Both the position numbers and the translations under genes were made by a program. Under the pieces are notes generated by a model that worked only from the letters and a program-made list of their open reading frames with translations, was not told the DNA's origin and did no database searches. A stretch of 64,000 nucleotides of DNA from Moniliella sp. 'wahieum' (Eukaryota): the NCBI GenBank assembly GCA_003971905.1, contig RSEE01000100.1, forward strand, positions 62,001 through 126,000, read 5' to 3'. Of this stretch, positions 63,608-64,000 are shown in pieces (positions within the stretch are counted from its first letter, which is position 1; each line of letters opens with the position of its first letter).

Positions 63608-63955
63608 GCGCTCGGCGGCTAAGATTATGCTCATGACTGGCAAGTGCGCTGGCAAGCACGGCAGGGGGGCAGCAGAGCAGAGCAGGTAGGCCGCAGACAC
63701 GCCCCGTGGGAGACGCGGCGGGGCACAGCGATAGTGGGAGGACGGGTGATCACCGCGTGCTGGAACAATTGCATGACGCCTGTTTGAACATTGCAACGGG
63801 GCGGTGGGCCGGCTGTGGTCGGTTGTGGAAAACGGCTGGGACGGGAGCTGGCATCGGCTGGATCGATCGGCGGGCGGCCTCTGCCCTTTCTCCTGCTCCT
63901 CCTGCTCCCCCGCTCCTCCGCCGACGCACCTTGCCCTCGTGCTGCGTCGCCCACC

Positions 63956-64000
63956 ATGTCAGGCAAGATGATGATCTACAAGCTTGTCGTCCTCGGTGAC
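63956..64000 (+). CDS. ras2: Ras GTPase (Ras2-type), N-terminus only
   Basis: CCACC-ATG context; MSGKMMIYKLVVLGD leads into the G1 P-loop. Confidence 0.85.
   Translation, partial: MSGKMMIYKLVVLGD

Overview
Fungal nuclear DNA, most likely Ustilaginomycotina (GT-AG introns with CTAAC/CTGAC branch sites, an intron-containing tRNA, a Ras N-terminus MSGKMMIYKLVVLGD). Host genes in order: LIM/C1/RhoGAP (5'-truncated), HSL-like lipase, cystinosin/PQ-loop transporter, a decayed mitochondrial uL11 gene, homoisocitrate dehydrogenase, tannase/feruloyl esterase, GPR1/FUN34 acetate transporter, tyrosine-phosphatase-like protein, glutaryl-CoA dehydrogenase, histidine acid phosphatase, a long low-complexity gene, PDR-type ABC transporter, tRNA-Leu(AAG), Nhp6-like HMG protein, and the start of Ras2. 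Most host genes are broken by small deletions typical of long-read assembly error, so many CDS boundaries are approximate. Mobile elements: one intact, very young Ty1/copia element (22913-28185), two solo LTRs with perfect 5-bp TSDs, and two degenerate relatives. Main findings: (1) the copia gag and pol are in one frame separated by a single UAG, and its primer-binding site matches a tRNA anticodon arm (GTA) rather than a tRNA 3' end; (2) intergenic DNA carries many different 7-bp tandem repeats, often a 6-bp A...T palindrome plus one base; (3) an unannotated uL11m pseudogene head-to-head with LYS12.
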